From Moniliella sp. 'wahieum' (Eukaryota), in the NCBI GenBank assembly GCA_003971905.1, contig RSEE01000011.1, forward strand, positions 620,001 through 684,000: a stretch of DNA of 64,000 nt. The letters are read 5' to 3'. Below the pieces are notes generated by a model that saw only the letters and a list, made by a program, of their open reading frames with translations, was not told the origin of the DNA and ran no database searches. Position 1 is the first letter of the stretch. Each line of letters opens with the position of its first letter. The position numbers and the translations under genes were made by a program. Positions 49,198-62,959 of the stretch are shown here, one piece after another.

Positions 49198-51275
49198 ATG
49201 CCTGGCGGCTCGCGTCTCCCTGTGCCATCGCATCCCGCTCCCCCGGCTGCTGCCCCCAAGGGCATTCCCCCCCCGCCTCTTCCCGCACCCCGCGCCGTGC
49301 GAACCCCATCCGAGCTGCCGCTTCCACCAAGACTCAACCACAACCGAAAACCAAATCGAATCGCGTCGTCAGCAGCAGCACTCAGGCCAGCCGCGGTCTC
49401 GGGCCCCGGCGCGAGCCTTTAGCCACCATTCCTCGAGTCGCCCCGCCAAACGCCCCACCACTACTTCCCGCTCTGTCTCGGCTTCGGCCGCCAGCAGCCT
49501 GAGGGCTGCTAGCACTGCTGCACCACCTGCCAGTGCTCGAGGAGCAAACCGCGTTGACGCTCTCGAGGGGCAGGTGCAGGGCCTCATCGCTCGGTTTGAA
49601 GAGGACCGTCAACGGCACGAGGAGGAGCTTGCCCAGCTCAAAGCCCAATGGGGATCCGCGTCCCCCTCGGTATCGGGGCCAAGCGTCAGTGAGATCCAGC
49701 TACAGGCACAGCTTGATGCACTTCGTGACACTCATCGGCGCGACCGGGACGATTGGTCTGCCCAGTTGGACCGCGTTCGTTCCGAGTCTGCCTCTGCGCT
49801 GGAGCGAGAGCGGCAGACGATTTCCACCCTTCAATCTGCTTTAGCTCAGCAAACCGCAGGCCACTTGGCACTTGAGACCCAAGTGGGTGTGCTGCGATCC
49901 CAGGCGGATGGTCTGCGGGACGAAGTGGACCATGAGCGTCAGTTGATTTCTTCCCTCCGCTCTCAGTTGGCTGAGGTAGAGCATCTGGTCCAGGATAAAG
50001 AAGAGGAGCTGAGAGCGGCTGAGCGATTGCGTCGAAAGCTTCACAATCAAGTCCAAGGCGCGGTAACATTCGAGTTGTCGCCCGCGTCCGACCAGCTGTT
50101 AATGCTGGCAGCCAGAATGGCGCGGGGGACCGCACCATGGCGGACATACGCTATCCGGAGCCTTTCCCACGGGAGGCAAGGGAAATGCAGGTGGCCATCG
50201 TGGGGGGAGTGCGAGCGGTACGCCCACCAACGTTCTCCATTCCTTCCTTTGATCGGGTCCTACCCCCGCATGCCTCCCAGACCGATGTTTTTGGCGAGGT
50301 AGAACACCTGGCCCAGAGCGTGTTGGACGGGTACAATACTTGCATCTTTGCTTATGGCCAGACGGGCAGCGGTAAGACGTACACACTCGAAGGTCCTCCT
50401 CGCTCTGGCTCGCCTACTAGTGCTACTCTTTCCGATCCATCAGCTGGTCTTATTCCCCGAACGGTGCAGATGCTGTGGTCGGTGGCCGATCAGCTCAAAG
50501 CCCGAGGTTGGCAGTACACCTTCTCGGGCCAGATGGTCGAGATCTATCTTGATGGTATTATTGATCTTCTTTCCTCAACCTCCGACGATCCAGCATCGGC
50601 TATGGGGCGACACGAGATCCGCCACGACAGCCAGGGTGGACGTACAATTGTCGTGGGGGCCGAAGAGGTGGCACTGCATAACCCAGACCAGGTGATGACC
50701 CTTTTGGCAAGAGCCCAGGCTAAGCGGCAAGTCGCCGCTACTGCCATGAACGCCCGCTCCTCGCGTTCCCACAGTGTATTTACCTTGGCTGTGGTAGGCC
50801 GCAATAAGGCTACGGAGAAAAGACGGAAGCGGTGCTTAACCTGGTCGATCTGGCAGGCTCAGAGCGTCTGTCCAACTCGGCTCGGCTGACGATCCAGCGC
50901 GCCTGCGCGAGGCTCAGAGCATCAACAAGTCTCTTTCGGCCTTAGGTGACGTGATTGCAGCGCTGGGTAAAGCGGGTTCCCGCTCCGCTAAGGCCGAGCA
51001 GCATGTGCCGTATCGCAATTCAACGCTCACTTGGCTGCTTAAGAACTCGCTCGGAGGCAACTCAAAGACGTGTGTTTCTCTTTCCCCATGCGTCCACTTC
51101 AAGGTGGCAACTAACCTTTTCCCTTCTTCTCCCCTGAAGCCTCATGCTGCTCAACCTCTCCCCCTTGGCCGAGCACCAGAACGAAACACTCTGTTCGCTT
51201 CGCTTTGCTACCAAGGTCAATGCGACTCAGATTGGCACCGCAACGGCCCGGCGAACAGTACGGACAGAGCCATGA
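49198..51275 (+). CDS. KAR3: Kinesin-14 (C-terminal motor, Kar3-like); intron 51070-51139
   Basis: Coiled coil then [21 protein letters not shown] neck. P-loop [17 protein letters not shown], switch [12 protein letters not shown], switch [39 protein letters not shown] and [13 protein letters not shown]. Confidence 0.95.
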
Positions 51276-51388
51276 AGCGTCCATGTGGACTACTCCATTT
51301 GCCTTCTCATATGTTCCCTTTCTCGTCCGGCTTATGTCTATGTCTCCAATGCAGCCCACTCGTGGTTTCATGTCAAGTGGATGGGTTC

Positions 51389-52777
51389 TTATGCACGCAG
51401 CACGCCAGATCGATACAGACCTTGGACCAGCTCATCGCCCTTTGGGCCAGCGACCAATGCTTCGGCCTCCCGTGCGGCAGCCAAAAGCGTATCCCTCCGT
51501 TGGGATGCCGCATCGTTCGCAGGATCGTAAAATGCTGCTTGTCCTACTGCCCCCGTGGACTTGCGCGAAGCAAACTGGTTTGTCCACAGTTCATAGGCTC
51601 GCTCAACGATGTTTCTGAAATAGGAATGTGGCGATCGGAGAGCAAGACGAGGAGTTGAGCCACCTGAGCGATCGCCACCCTTTGTTCAGGGGGGGTATAC
51701 TACACAATCAAAAAAGGTCAGTATCTCCATTGGAGGAGGGGGATTTTGGCTACTCACCTCGTTTTGGTCGCCATACACACCGTCCGGCATCAATGTCAAA
51801 TCCGATCCCACGCCCCCCGAGACCTTCAGCCTCCTGCGCATGACCAGGGGGTTCTTCCGTAGGCTTGCCCTCAGCTTCGGCCTGTCCATATCGAACGCAA
51901 TGTGCTTCGCGACCCAAGTGTATCCGTTCATGCCCACCACTAGGTCTACCTGGGCCTTGGAGAGGGTGACAAAATGCGACTTGAGCCGTTGGATCAGCTG
52001 CGGTTGGACCGCCACCAGAAGCCCGTTCCGTAGCTTACCATACCGAAGACTGCGGGTGTGGAGGATAACACTGCCGTCGTGATTGACTGCTTGGACTTCG
52101 GCCACGAGCAGGTCGCCTTCTTGAAGAACGCACGCATTTGTAGTTCATCCGACTCGAGTTTCTTGCGCTGCACGCCCCCGGGCAAATTGATGCTGCTGAG
52201 CAAGAGAGAAGCTTCAGATCGGCCGTTGATATCCACCTTCCACCGTTTGCTCCCAGGTTGCACTTCCACCACACGGCCGACAACCAAATCGCCCACCTCG
52301 GGCGCATAGCGTGCCCGAGCGCCCGGACCGACACAAGTTTGTTTGTCCGAATCACCGGACCAGCAAGAGAAGAGTAAATCAGGTTCACCACCTCTTCTCC
52401 CTCTTCGTCTTCAGGTCGGGAAGGGTCGGCGCCATCGTCCACATCAACCGCCATAGCCTCCGCATGAGCATCTTGTTGTCCCGATGCACGAGCACCGGGG
52501 GAGGTGCCAAGTACGTTCCATGTCCTCGCATATAGGTTGCTGACGCGACATGTTCACCAGCCGTGGCTACTTTGGCATGCATCATCGCCACGCGTTCGTC
52601 GGCCTTGGCCTCGCCTTCTCCATCCTCCGCCTCGTCCAATAGCTCGTCCCGGTCGACGTCCATGTCGGCATCTTCGTCGGGTAGGGCTTGGCCCGAAAGG
52701 TAGTTGTACGAGGCGAGGGATACATCGTCGGGCGCCGAGAGATGAATCCTAAACGTCCCCGTTGTGCTGGTGGCCAT
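51389..52777 (-). CDS. RRP4: Exosome complex component Rrp4
   Basis: [92 protein letters not shown] and VGMNGYTWV. Confidence 0.95.
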
Positions 52778-53123
52778 GGTCGAGTTGTCTACCCTGCGTT
52801 GCAAGCGTCCCGTGTCCAGCGAGCAGGTCGGGGCAGATGGTTGCGATCCCAAATGCTCCTTGACACAAACCAGCGTCTCTTGCCAAACGTAGGTCGGTGC
52901 AACGGCGCAGGCCCTAATAAAAATCACCAGAGCAAGCTCGAGTACTCAATATTCAATCGGCCTTTGCACCGATCCTTCCGCCTCGCTGCTGGCTATACGC
53001 TCCCACTTTTTTTCCCGCTCCCCTTCCCTCATCAAAACCTCGAATTAAGCCGACCGCGTCACCCCAGCAACCCCAGCAACCCAACGACCTTAACCACCCC
53101 AACTGCTACTGTCATCCTTGACC

Positions 53124-54761
53124 ATGCCACGCCTCGACGCCGATTCCGGATCTTCGTCCGAGAGCGAATCCGAGTACGAGTCGGTGCCCCAGTCGCCCCA
53201 AGCTGCGCAGGAGCCGAGCCGCAAAGAGCAGCGAGCGCAGGACTTGCGTTCGGTCCGTGCGACGTATGGCGATACCTCGCTCGGTCGTCCAAATTGCGCA
53301 GGTCGGGACCGCAGACGAGCTACGCGGGGGTGCCCACCACGTCTGCCCAGATGTTTGGGGATGCTTCGGAGGAGGGTGCGGGCAGTGAGTCGGACGAGAC
53401 GAGGAGGGTGCCAGCGCATCAGAGGATGCGAGTTCACAAGAGTCGGAGTCCGAGGAAGAGAGGTCAGATGAGGATGAGGATGATGAGGACGACGAGGACG
53501 AAGAGGAGGAGGAGGAGGAAGATGGGATGGGGATGAGGACGAAGGCGAAGATGCGGATGCGGGTGAGGGGCCTACCCTGGCTGCCCAGCAAGCTGATGAG
53601 GACAAGTTGGCCAAAAGCCTGGCGAGTCAACGAGAGCAGGACGCCAAGCGGGGAAAGAGCGTGGAGAAGCAACGTGCTGCGTATGAGCTGGCGCTTGATC
53701 TGCGTATCCGATCCAAAAGGTCACGGCTCCATTGCAGGGCGTAGATGTACGTGTTCTTTCCTCCTTTCCTTTTCTCTGTCCGCCAGATTTGATTCCAATG
53801 GAAGAAGTGACTGGCTGGTGAAGGGTTGTCTTGCTGACCTATGATAAGAGCAACGTGCTCTCCTTGCTGACCGCCTCTGGGTCCGGCGACGCCCTCCAAG
53901 GGAAATTGGTGGAGGTAGCTGGCGCACTGCTCAACGTATCATCTGAGCTGTTTCAGTTGCGCACCGAACTCATGTCGAAGAATGGGGCTCTTCCGGAAAA
54001 CATGGCCGACGTCGCCGACAAGTACCGTGGTAAGAAACGCAAGTTCAGCTCGTTGTCGGACGCAAGAACGCACTCGAGGGCCACTTGGCGGATGTGACAC
54101 CACTAGCGTCAGCAGCCTGGGCGCATGATGGTAAAGTTCTCGACAAATGGTCGTCCCGTGCTCGTGCGGACCCTGCACTCAGTGGGGCGGCCGACAAATT
54201 TGCACCGTCGGGCGGATTCAAAGCCATCAACCAATCTGCCACGGCGCAGATTGAGCGTGCCTTGCACCCGCAGGCCATTGGCCGTCTGCGCGAACGTGCA
54301 CATACGTGGCGTGGACCTGCGCGGGTTCGTTTGCCTGGGGAGGAGGAGGTCTCTTCTTCGGCCAGGATGCGTTTGACGATACCGACTTTTATCACTCGCT
54401 CTTGCGTGAATTGATCGAGTCGCGTGCAGCTGGTGGGGCAGCTGTGGCTAATGGGATGGGCGAGGCCGGAATCACCCTCCCCCCGGCTGGCCTAGGAGGG
54501 ATAAAGCCCCCAAGGCACCACGCGACCAAAAGGCTTCCAAGGGCCGCAAGTTGCGGTACGAAACCCACGAGAAAATTTTGCACTTTATGCCCCCCATCCC
54601 TCGTACCACCTGGGGTCAGGGCCAAACCGACCGACTCTTTTCCCACTGGCAGGGGCTGCTCAGACTCTCCATTTGGACAACGAGGCCGATTCGTCTGCCT
54701 CGGAACCAGAAAAGGACGATGCGCCGAATGATGAGGGGTTCCGCCTCTTGGCTTTGGCTGA
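53124..54761 (+). CDS. BFR2: Bfr2/AATF rRNA-processing protein (intron ~53746-53850)
   Basis: Acidic N-terminus, DAKRGKSVEKQRAAYELALDLRIR, VLDKWS, FKAINQS, FDDTDFYHSLLRELIESR and ASKGRKLRYETHEKILHFMPP. Confidence 0.9.
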
Positions 54762-55148
54762 TCCCTCTCTTCCCCACCTCATCTCCTTCTCTGCCTTTAG
54801 CTTGGCGTATTCATATATGCACACTTGCATTCATAGTCTCATTCCTTCCTCGGTGGACTAGTACACTCTGACGACTGTTGGTTAGATGTAGCCTCACATC
54901 CTATTCGCCCGCTCGGGGACCGTATAACTATGGAGTCCATTACCGGGTATAACCAAACCAAAGCGATCAGATAAGATTCCGCCGCGGAAATGTCTTGGGC
55001 GTCTCCGTTAGGGCACGTCATGTCCTCAGCGTCTCAGCCACGCTAGTCAACAAGGTCGTGGGTTCACACGAACGGACAAGCCAGGCGGAGTTTTCCGCAT
55101 CGCCTGACCGACCGCGTTCGCCTGACTTCCATCGCATGGCCCGTGGGC

Positions 55149-56018
55149 ATGAAACCATCCAGCCTTGCCGTCGTTGCCGGCGTGACGCTCGCTACGGTTG
55201 TGGGGCTACGCGCTGTACGTCGTATCTCTCACGTAAGGGGGAGCCGCGCGCTGACGGGGACCTGCTGCCGCAGATTCTTTGACTACCGCCGTCGCCATTC
55301 CACCTCCTTCCGCCGACAACTGGACCAGCAGAGTAAAAAACAACGGCGCGCCCAGGCCCGCTCGGAAGCCGAGGCAAAGGCCCAATCTGAGAAGCACCTC
55401 AAGGACGCCGTTCTGGCGCAGGTCAAGGCGGTGCGACGGGAAATTGAACAGGGTCTCTTGCCCCCTCCCCCGGCCAAGTTGGAGAGCTACCTCCTGTCTC
55501 AGTCCCAGCAGGGAGAGACGTTGCTAAAGGAAGGTGAGGCCTCCTACCTTCCTGCAGCAGCAGCTTTCTTCCGCATCGTACGCGTCCACCCGAACCCGTT
55601 TCAGCTCTTGCTGGCCCTGTCGGAAGCAGTGCCGGAAGCGGTACACGACTTGGTGCTCAAGTTCATCGAGGTGGACACTGAGCTGGACGCTATCGAGGGC
55701 AAGCCTACCCCGAAGTACGCCGCCATGGACAGTTCTGACGAGCACGAGCAATTGGCTCAATCGGTTGACTTCCAGGGTCATGGGATGTCGTTTCGTCAGG
55801 ATCGCTTGCTTCAGCTGAGTCCACCCCTGCCCCTACAACCGAACCTGAACCTGAGCCAGAGCCAGAGCCAGAACCAGAGCCTCTTGGGCAAGGGCTTTGG
55901 CGCGGCAGCCCCTTCATCCATCCCTGTAGTTACCGCCACTCCGACCCCGATCCACTTTGGTTTTGGCTCATCTGGGTTCCTTCCCGAAGAGCCGGAGGTG
56001 CATGGGACCCAAGCTTAG
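55149..56018 (+). CDS. TOM20: Mitochondrial import receptor Tom20 (MAS20 family); intron ~55215-55273
   Basis: N-terminal TM MKPSSLAVVAGVTLATVVG-YAL|FDYRRRHSTSFRRQL, then YLLSQSQQGETLLKEG and AAAAFFRIVRVHPNPFQLL...VPEAV. Confidence 0.85.
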   Translation: MKPSSLAVVAGVTLATVVGLRAVRRISHVRGSRALTGTCCRRFFDYRRRHSTSFRRQLDQQSKKQRRAQARSEAEAKAQSEKHLKDAVLAQVKAVRREIEQGLLPPPPAKLESYLLSQSQQGETLLKEGEASYLPAAAAFFRIVRVHPNPFQLLLALSEAVPEAVHDLVLKFIEVDTELDAIEGKPTPKYAAMDSSDEHEQLAQSVDFQGHGMSFRQDRLLQLSPPLPLQPNLNLSQSQSQNQSLLGKGFGAAAPSSIPVVTATPTPIHFGFGSSGFLPEEPEVHGTQA

Positions 56019-56711
56019 CGTATCGCGGGCCCTCATTCGTTGCCCCCATGCCCACTTTCTTTCCTTCTGAGATCTGAGGGGCCTGACTTACTTACTGTAC
56101 CCCGACACCCGTCATTGCGTTGCGTGACGCGTGACTGGCTCGAACTTTTGGTTTGCGTGTGTGGATCTGGTGGGGCTGTGGCAGTAGCACACAATGGGTA
56201 GGTACTAGCGGTAACAGTGCGCAGTGCAGGCCTTCTGCGCAGGCACCCCAGCTCTGTGGGGAGAGTGGATGGTCGATGAGGAGCAGGCGGGACCAGGGCC
56301 CAGAGCCACGCACCAACCGGCCGGGCGGCACGCTGGTTGGCCTGATCGAGATGGATGACATGTCGATGACATCGATGATCCTGCACACGGTGGCAAGTGG
56401 CGAGTGGGGGGCGCAGGACAGCGGAGGACGGGGGGAGTGCCAAGCCGAACTGAGCACTAAGTACTGAAATTTGATGCACGTGAGACACCCGCGTGCCGCA
56501 CACTTGCGCAGTGCCCACCGTGCGGGCCCAGGGACAAGAAGAGAAAATGTGTTTTGTGCCGCCCCACTCTCCCACCCCTCCACGTTTGCTGGCCACAGCC
56601 GGAGACAGCCGATGTATACCAGAGCCTCATTAACGCAGCGGACCCCCAGTCCCGCCCTTCCTTAGTGTCGGAGCGCTCTCCCTCTTCCCTCTTGCCCCCA
56701 CCTCCGCCAGC

Positions 56712-59700
56712 ATGAGTGCATCCCCCGATCCAGCTCAGCTACCCCAGGTCGGCTCAGCTCACGGCCAACCTGCGCCAGCTCCAACCATCCCCAAGCTCGT
56801 GCCCCCCACGCACGCCTCCCCCCCCTCCTCCGGCAAGGGAAGGAGGTGTCACGCACGCCCTCTCCCCAGCTGGGACCGGGTCCCTCGGTCCGCCTTCGCC
56901 CGGCTCCTCTCGACGCTGCGCCCTTGACCCCCCACCCCCCCCACTCGCCCAGCCTGCAGCGGCCCAACAAGCCCGGCCCCCTACACTTTGACCCGCCCGA
57001 GGCGATGGAGATGCAGCCGGTGCGGAGGGAGGAAGACCCGTTCCTGTACCGTGCCTTCCAATCCCCTCCGAAAGAATATGTCAACCTCAACGACACTGAT
57101 GAGTCGGCTGAGGTCCTCGATGATAAGTCGGCTGCCCCTCAATCTGCACAGAAAAGCTGGGCCAAGGTCCGGGATGCGTTTGGTGTGAAGCAACCTGCCG
57201 ATGTCGAGGCAGAAGGTAGCTCGGAAGGTGCCCAACTCACCTACCGACCAAGCAAGTACCAACGTCGTGCGGCCGCCTTGCTAGAGGCGCATAACCTGGA
57301 CCACCGGCGAGAAGGGAAAGGAGAGCCTCGTGCCAACTTGCCGGGAGGCGTGTTGGGGTCCTTGTTGCTTCTCTATGAGCAGCAACAGAGGGACGCTAGG
57401 TCCCACCAGCGTCCGGGGCACGATACGTCTTCCCCTCTGTACGAAGAGAGCAGTGAAGAGGACGAGCCGCCTCGCTCCATGGCACCAAGGGTCGTCCGCC
57501 GCCCGTTAACGACTCCGCCCGAGATGCGTGATTTTCATTTTCCCAGCGAAAAGAAGAGCAGTTTCTCCTTCCTCGGAGGCAAGGGAAGCACCATCATGGG
57601 CCATGATGGTTTCGATGGATTTGACCGTCCTGAGGCCGCACGCAATGGCGCAGGTGTGTTTGGTGCCTTGGTGGCCAGCACGGGCAACTTGATCGGCGCT
57701 GTGAGTCCGAACCATGCTACCTTGGGTCCCAACCCAAGCCGACCCGGGTTCAAATTGCAGCGCTACCTCCTTCCAGAGATTAATGCCAAAACGCTCAAGC
57801 AAAACCGTAAGATTTTGGCCAATGCCAGTGCGCCCTTCTCGCCCCATCAGCGTATGGGAAGTGGGAGCCTTCTTTCTACACCAGGACAAATCACGCCTGC
57901 GCCTCTCAACTCGTCGATTCAGTGGAAGACGGGATCTTCCGCCACTTTGCTGCAAGAGGGGGGAGACGCCAAGGAGGCAAGCGAGTTTGGGGATTATTTC
58001 CAGATCCGGCCTCATCACGGAGGTGCACCAACGACCACGGGCTCCTATGCGGTCAATAGCTCTGATTTGGGCGTCTCGTTTGGGGAGCATGCTAGGGATA
58101 CCTCCGACTCCCGCCGGGCCTGGGTCAAGAAGCTCAAGAAGCGCAAGCACAGGAAGAGAGAAAAGATTTATGTGAGTACCTCTCTGCTGGGCGCATCGCT
58201 CTATAGAGAGTTCTGGCCACTGACTTAACCTCGAACAGATCACGTTGCACGTTGCTGCCATTCTGGAGCGGCAAGACTTTCTCCTGAAACTGGCTCGCGC
58301 GTTGATGATGTTTGGCGCGCCGACGCATCGCATTGAATCACACATCCAGTCCACTGCCAAGGTACTGGACGTGAACTGCCACTGCATCTACCTCCCCTCG
58401 GTCATGCTCTTCTCCTTCACAGATGAGATGACCCGCACGTCCGACACTCGCTTCATCAAGCAGGGGGGAGGTCTGGATATCTGTACGTTATTGCTTCTTC
58501 CCCTTATCGAATGGTGCTGACCCTCTTGCTTGTAGCCAAGTTGACCGACATGCACACCATCTACTGGAACGTTATTCACGATAAGATTGGCGTGGAAGAG
58601 GCAAGCAAACAGTTGGATGCACTCATGCACAAGCCCCCTTGATTGGGCGCATCCCTCAGATCATCCTTGGCTTTTTGTGCTCGGGTTTGATGGCTGTGGG
58701 GGACATGGGCTTCCACGGGTCACTGATTGACGGCTTGCTCGCCGCGCCCCTTGGAGCACTGGTCGTCATCGCCCAACAATTCCTCACCTCGGACGTGTTG
58801 TCCAGCGGAGTGGAAATCATGATGGCCTGTCTCGCCTCCTTTGTGGCTGCTGCCGCATTCAACAATGGCAATGGGTACTGGTGTTATGGCGCCGTGGCTG
58901 GTGGTGCTGTCGTGCTCATCCTACCAGGTTTCCTATTTTTGACGGCGGCGTTGGAACTACAGAGCAAATCTGTCATGGCCGGCAGTGTCCATTTGGTCTG
59001 GGCATGCATCTACAGTATGCTTCTTGGTGCGTACCCGTCTTTTTCCTTTTGTTTTTGTAGGGTGGAAAAGTGTACTAATCCCGCCTTGAATCCAGGGTTT
59101 GGACTCTCGATCGGCTCGGCACTGTGGACCTTGGTTTCGTCCCAGGATATGAACTTGCCCGCCAACATGGCCACCTGCAAGGCGATGCAAGACCACCCCG
59201 GCCAGCCGTGGCGGGAAACGGTAAGTTTGTACTGGGCCTTCCTCGTGGTACCCGCGTACAGCATCTGTGTTTCACTGCGCAACCAAGCCAAGCCGACGCG
59301 CAAAGAATTCCCCGTGATGGTAGCTATCGCGGCGATTGGTTGGGTGGTGAGTCACTTTGCTGGCAAGCGGCCCGCATTGTCCAACCGTTCGGACTTTTTG
59401 GCCATGCTGAGTAGCTTGGCAGTGGGCGTGCTGGCATCGCTCTATGGTCGCTTCTTTGATGGACGCGTGTTTGTGGTGAGTGTGCCAGGGATGTTGTACC
59501 AGTTGCCTTCGGGGTTGGGCAACGGCGGCGGTCTACTACTCTTTGCCCAGAGCAACTCTTCTACCACTACCGCCACCACGTTCCAGAACGGATTTCAGGT
59601 CGCTGAAACGCTCATCTCGACTGCGATGGGGTTGAGTGTGGGCTTGTTTGGCGCTTCGGCAGTCAACTTTATCGTGTTTGGGGGTCGCGGACCCGGTCCA

Positions 59701-59720
59701 AAGGTGTCTTCTCCTTTTAA
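56712..59720 (+). CDS. PRM10: DUF1212/ThrE-family membrane protein, Prm10-like (introns ~58172-58238, ~58483-58534, ~59029-59095)
   Basis: Long disordered N-terminus with GGVLGSLLLLY and RNGAGVFGALVASTGNL. Then ITLHVAAILERQDFLLKLARALMMFGAPTHRIE, VVLILPGF and LYQLPSGL, with many TM segments. Ends GVFSF*. Confidence 0.88.
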
Positions 59721-60419
59721 TCGTCGGCTGGTCTCTTTCGTTCATTCACTTGGCTCTTGTTTATTCAACCACATCTCTCCCCACCATGCTATGCAATGGA
59801 CGACGACCCGCTGGGCTGGACCTGGTGCGTCATGCAGTGCTTGCATAAGCACCTTATTCTTCCCTCCCCCTCCCTTCCTTTCCTTGGCCCTTGGGTTCGC
59901 TTGCCGGACAAGAGGGTTATTTTCTCATACTTGGACTTTTTCTCGTGCACACTTTCTTCGGGTATCCTCCTGTCGCTCGTATGGACACAGGGCGCTATGG
60001 TCATAATCTGCATCGTCGGCATCCTTATATATTATCTGGGAAGCGTGTGGGGGGGAACGGCGGAAGTGTGTGGAAGGGCGTGATGGAGAGGGCGTTGGAG
60101 GATTGGCTTGAGTGCGTGCTTGTAGGCTCTCTAACCGACTGGCTGGTTGGGGCTGGCATCGATGCAGAACGGGTAGAAATTTACAGGCAGGGGAGTTATT
60201 TTTGTAGGTATAGAATGTATTCGAAGATCACTGGGAAGCGATTACACGGCAACCACAGTTAGGTGCGACGTAGGACGGAAGCACCATAACGTAGTAGAGC
60301 AGTGAGCTCCACAGCAAGTGGCAGGTTAGTGTTAGGGGAGAGCGCACTAGGGAGAAGCTGGCCAAGTCAGCAGCAGCACTCAAAGGGCTAGCGAGAGACA
60401 CAGAAGATGTGCGACGGAC

Positions 60420-62640
60420 TCACGGGTAGGCGATCAAGTCAGCCAGTAGCGAGGACAAGCGGGATGAAGTCGGAATGTACACGGGTAGAGGGCGGGAAAG
60501 GAACAGTGTCGGCATATGACAGATGGGACGTATGACGGCGAAACAGGTTTTTATATGAGTCGAGGCGAACAAGGCGAGACGACCCAACCTTGGGATTCCG
60601 TGCATGGCAGCAGCTGGGCAGACAGTGTCAGTGGCAGGACAACTCCAAGCGCGAAGTACGGGGGGCGTACGATGGCAAGGCAGACCAGCCAAGCGAGAGG
60701 ACCACAGGCGAGGCAAACCATGTGAGCGAGACAGCCAAAGTGAGCAGACGGACAAGGGTGGTCGAAGGCGAAGATCAGCAGAAGTGAGGGGAATGCTGAC
60801 GAAGCGGGCACGTACGATGATGCTGCGGACCAGATGAAACGAGGACAAGATGGCTCGGGAGGGGGAGTCTGTATAGGCAGGCAGCAGGGCCAGGTCAGCA
60901 ATGACGCGCTGTTGCGCAAGAAAGAATAAGCACGTATGGCAGAAGCAATTCACGTACAGTGAAAGGGGGACGGGGCAAGGGGCAGAGAGGGCATCCAACC
61001 CGCGATACAGACGAGGAGGAGGACAGAGTGTGACGGAAGAGGGAATGGAGACTTACGACAGCATTGAAGACCAGGCGAGGAGGACCGAGCGATGAGGGGA
61101 AAGGAAGAGGGCAGCAGGCGTGCAGGCAGCAGCAACGATGGTGTGGGTGGCCATAGGAAGAAGATGGTGCTGTTGTGCCGTGGCACAGAGCACTCTACGA
61201 TGTGCTGGCTACAGACATGGGATACCAGGTGCGACGGGCGCGAAGATGTGCCCGCCATCAGCAAGCATGTGCCATCGCCTCCAAGCCTGTGCTCCTCATC
61301 CCCAACCCTGCGCTCCCCATCAAGCCTGTGCTCCCCATTCCCCACCTCAAGCATGTATAGGAACATACTAATGCATATCATTCAGCCTATCTCTCCGTCC
61401 ACTCTAGTTTTGTTGGACATGCACCACCGAAGCATCTGAGCACCTGTCATGGATGTTGAAGCGCACAATGACAGCAACGATCGTGGGTCTTTGAGGCGAA
61501 CATAAGAACGACTGCCCCAGTTGGTCCAGCGCAGCATGACATGCACTTTGAGAGATGATCAACAGGCGGACCTCAGCAAGTATCAATGGTGTTCAAACAA
61601 AACAACAGCATGGCTATCGGATGGCATCAATGCGATGGCTAATGCAATTATTGATGCTGTTTGAGGAGCAAGTGCACATTGTTCGGACATGCGAACTGGG
61701 AGTATACCAACAACTTCTGCAGATGTTTCGAGGCATAGTACGACCAACTTTGGAGACGTTTGAACATCCAATCAGCTGTGTTTTGAGGGCTGATCTGCAG
61801 TAAGTTTGAGCAGCAAAACTACATTGTTGGGGCATGTGAACTAGGAGTATACACCAGCACCTTCCAATCAGGTTTCGAGGCACCGTATGACGAACATTAG
61901 AGACGTTTGAGCTGGCAATCATATCGCGTTTGACAGCTTTTCTCCAACAGTGTAACAACGAATCTTGCATAGGTTTGCAGGCTCTCTACGCCCGACTTCG
62001 TGAGATGTTCGCGACGGTGCTGTAACCAACTTTGGCACCGTCTTAGTAGAAAAACAACAACGACTGTTGCCGGCAAATGGAGCCAGATGACGTCGACGAC
62101 GGATAACGATGACTGTCATGCATCCCACTCCCAGGGGCATGGCCGAAGCGAAGGGGCGGTTATGGAGGAAGAGAAGGCCATACGGTGAGGCGTGGGTTGC
62201 AGCCTCAAATTGCTGTCGCGACAAGCGTGAGGTCTTCTCTGCTACGTGCCTCCCCAGCCCCACCCCGCTCATCCAGTCGATCAACCCATGTTCCAATCCC
62301 TCATTTGCCCATGTTACTCGGCCTGTGCAGACTTACCGTGACAGATGGCGGAGGGCGTGTCAGCTACCTGTTGGGAGCGAAGGTGGAATATGACCAAGAG
62401 GCCCGGACCTGCGCTCTTAGCCAACAGGGGTACGTGGAGAAGGCCTCTCGGGCAGAGAACAGAAGCAAAAGAGCGAGAGACACAGGATGCAAGATTGGAA
62501 ATTGGAGCGAGGGTTTAGTTTAGTGCTAAGCCCCCCGATGACAGTAACACTTCCGTGAGCAATAGTTAGTAGTAGCTCCTTTGGCCTCACCCTCACCACC
62601 CGGCCTTGCAAGCTCACCGAGGGGCTGAGAGGGCAGTGCT
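60420..62640 (+). mobile_element. Highly degraded Ty1/copia LTR retrotransposon relic
   Basis: In the expected order: decayed zinc knuckle C..CRGTEHSTMC (~61170), EA....YGEAWVAA...EVFSATCLP (~62150-62255), RT segment TDGGGRVSYLLGAKVEYDQEARTCALSQQGYVEK (~62340-62442) and PPT-like GAGAGGGCAG|TG (~62627). Boundaries uncertain. Confidence 0.6.
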
Positions 62641-62959
62641 AGCATTCGCCTGCACGGTTCCCAATTAATTGATCGGCGACGCTGGCTGGCGCGTTTGCCT
62701 CGTTCTCGTTTGCTCACGTCCGCTCACATTCGCTCCGAAAATGAAATGTGAAGGCGGGCGGCGGAGGAAGAACAAGTGGCGCAAATCACCCAAGCGGAAC
62801 ACCAATTCCGCCCGCACTTCCCCCCCTGCCCGGCATGTTCGGGTCACCGGTCAGGCATCCCAATCATTCCTCCGGCGCGGAGGTTTAGGCTGACTTGCTA
62901 AGGCAACTTCCTCATTTTTTGGTCCCCGCTCTTGTTCCTGTTCTTCCACCACCACCACC

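Noticed and set aside
1488..59720. Widespread frameshifts suggesting mass pseudogenisation or programmed frameshifting/RNA editing
   Set aside because: They affect essential single-copy genes (TAF5, RRP4, TRS120, RPL40) at a fairly uniform rate and often at short homopolymers. This is best explained by uncorrected long-read indel errors.
49198..59720. KAR3 and PRM10 as signs of a mating-type locus
   Set aside because: No pheromone, STE3 receptor or homeodomain genes are present, and these are ordinary conserved genes.
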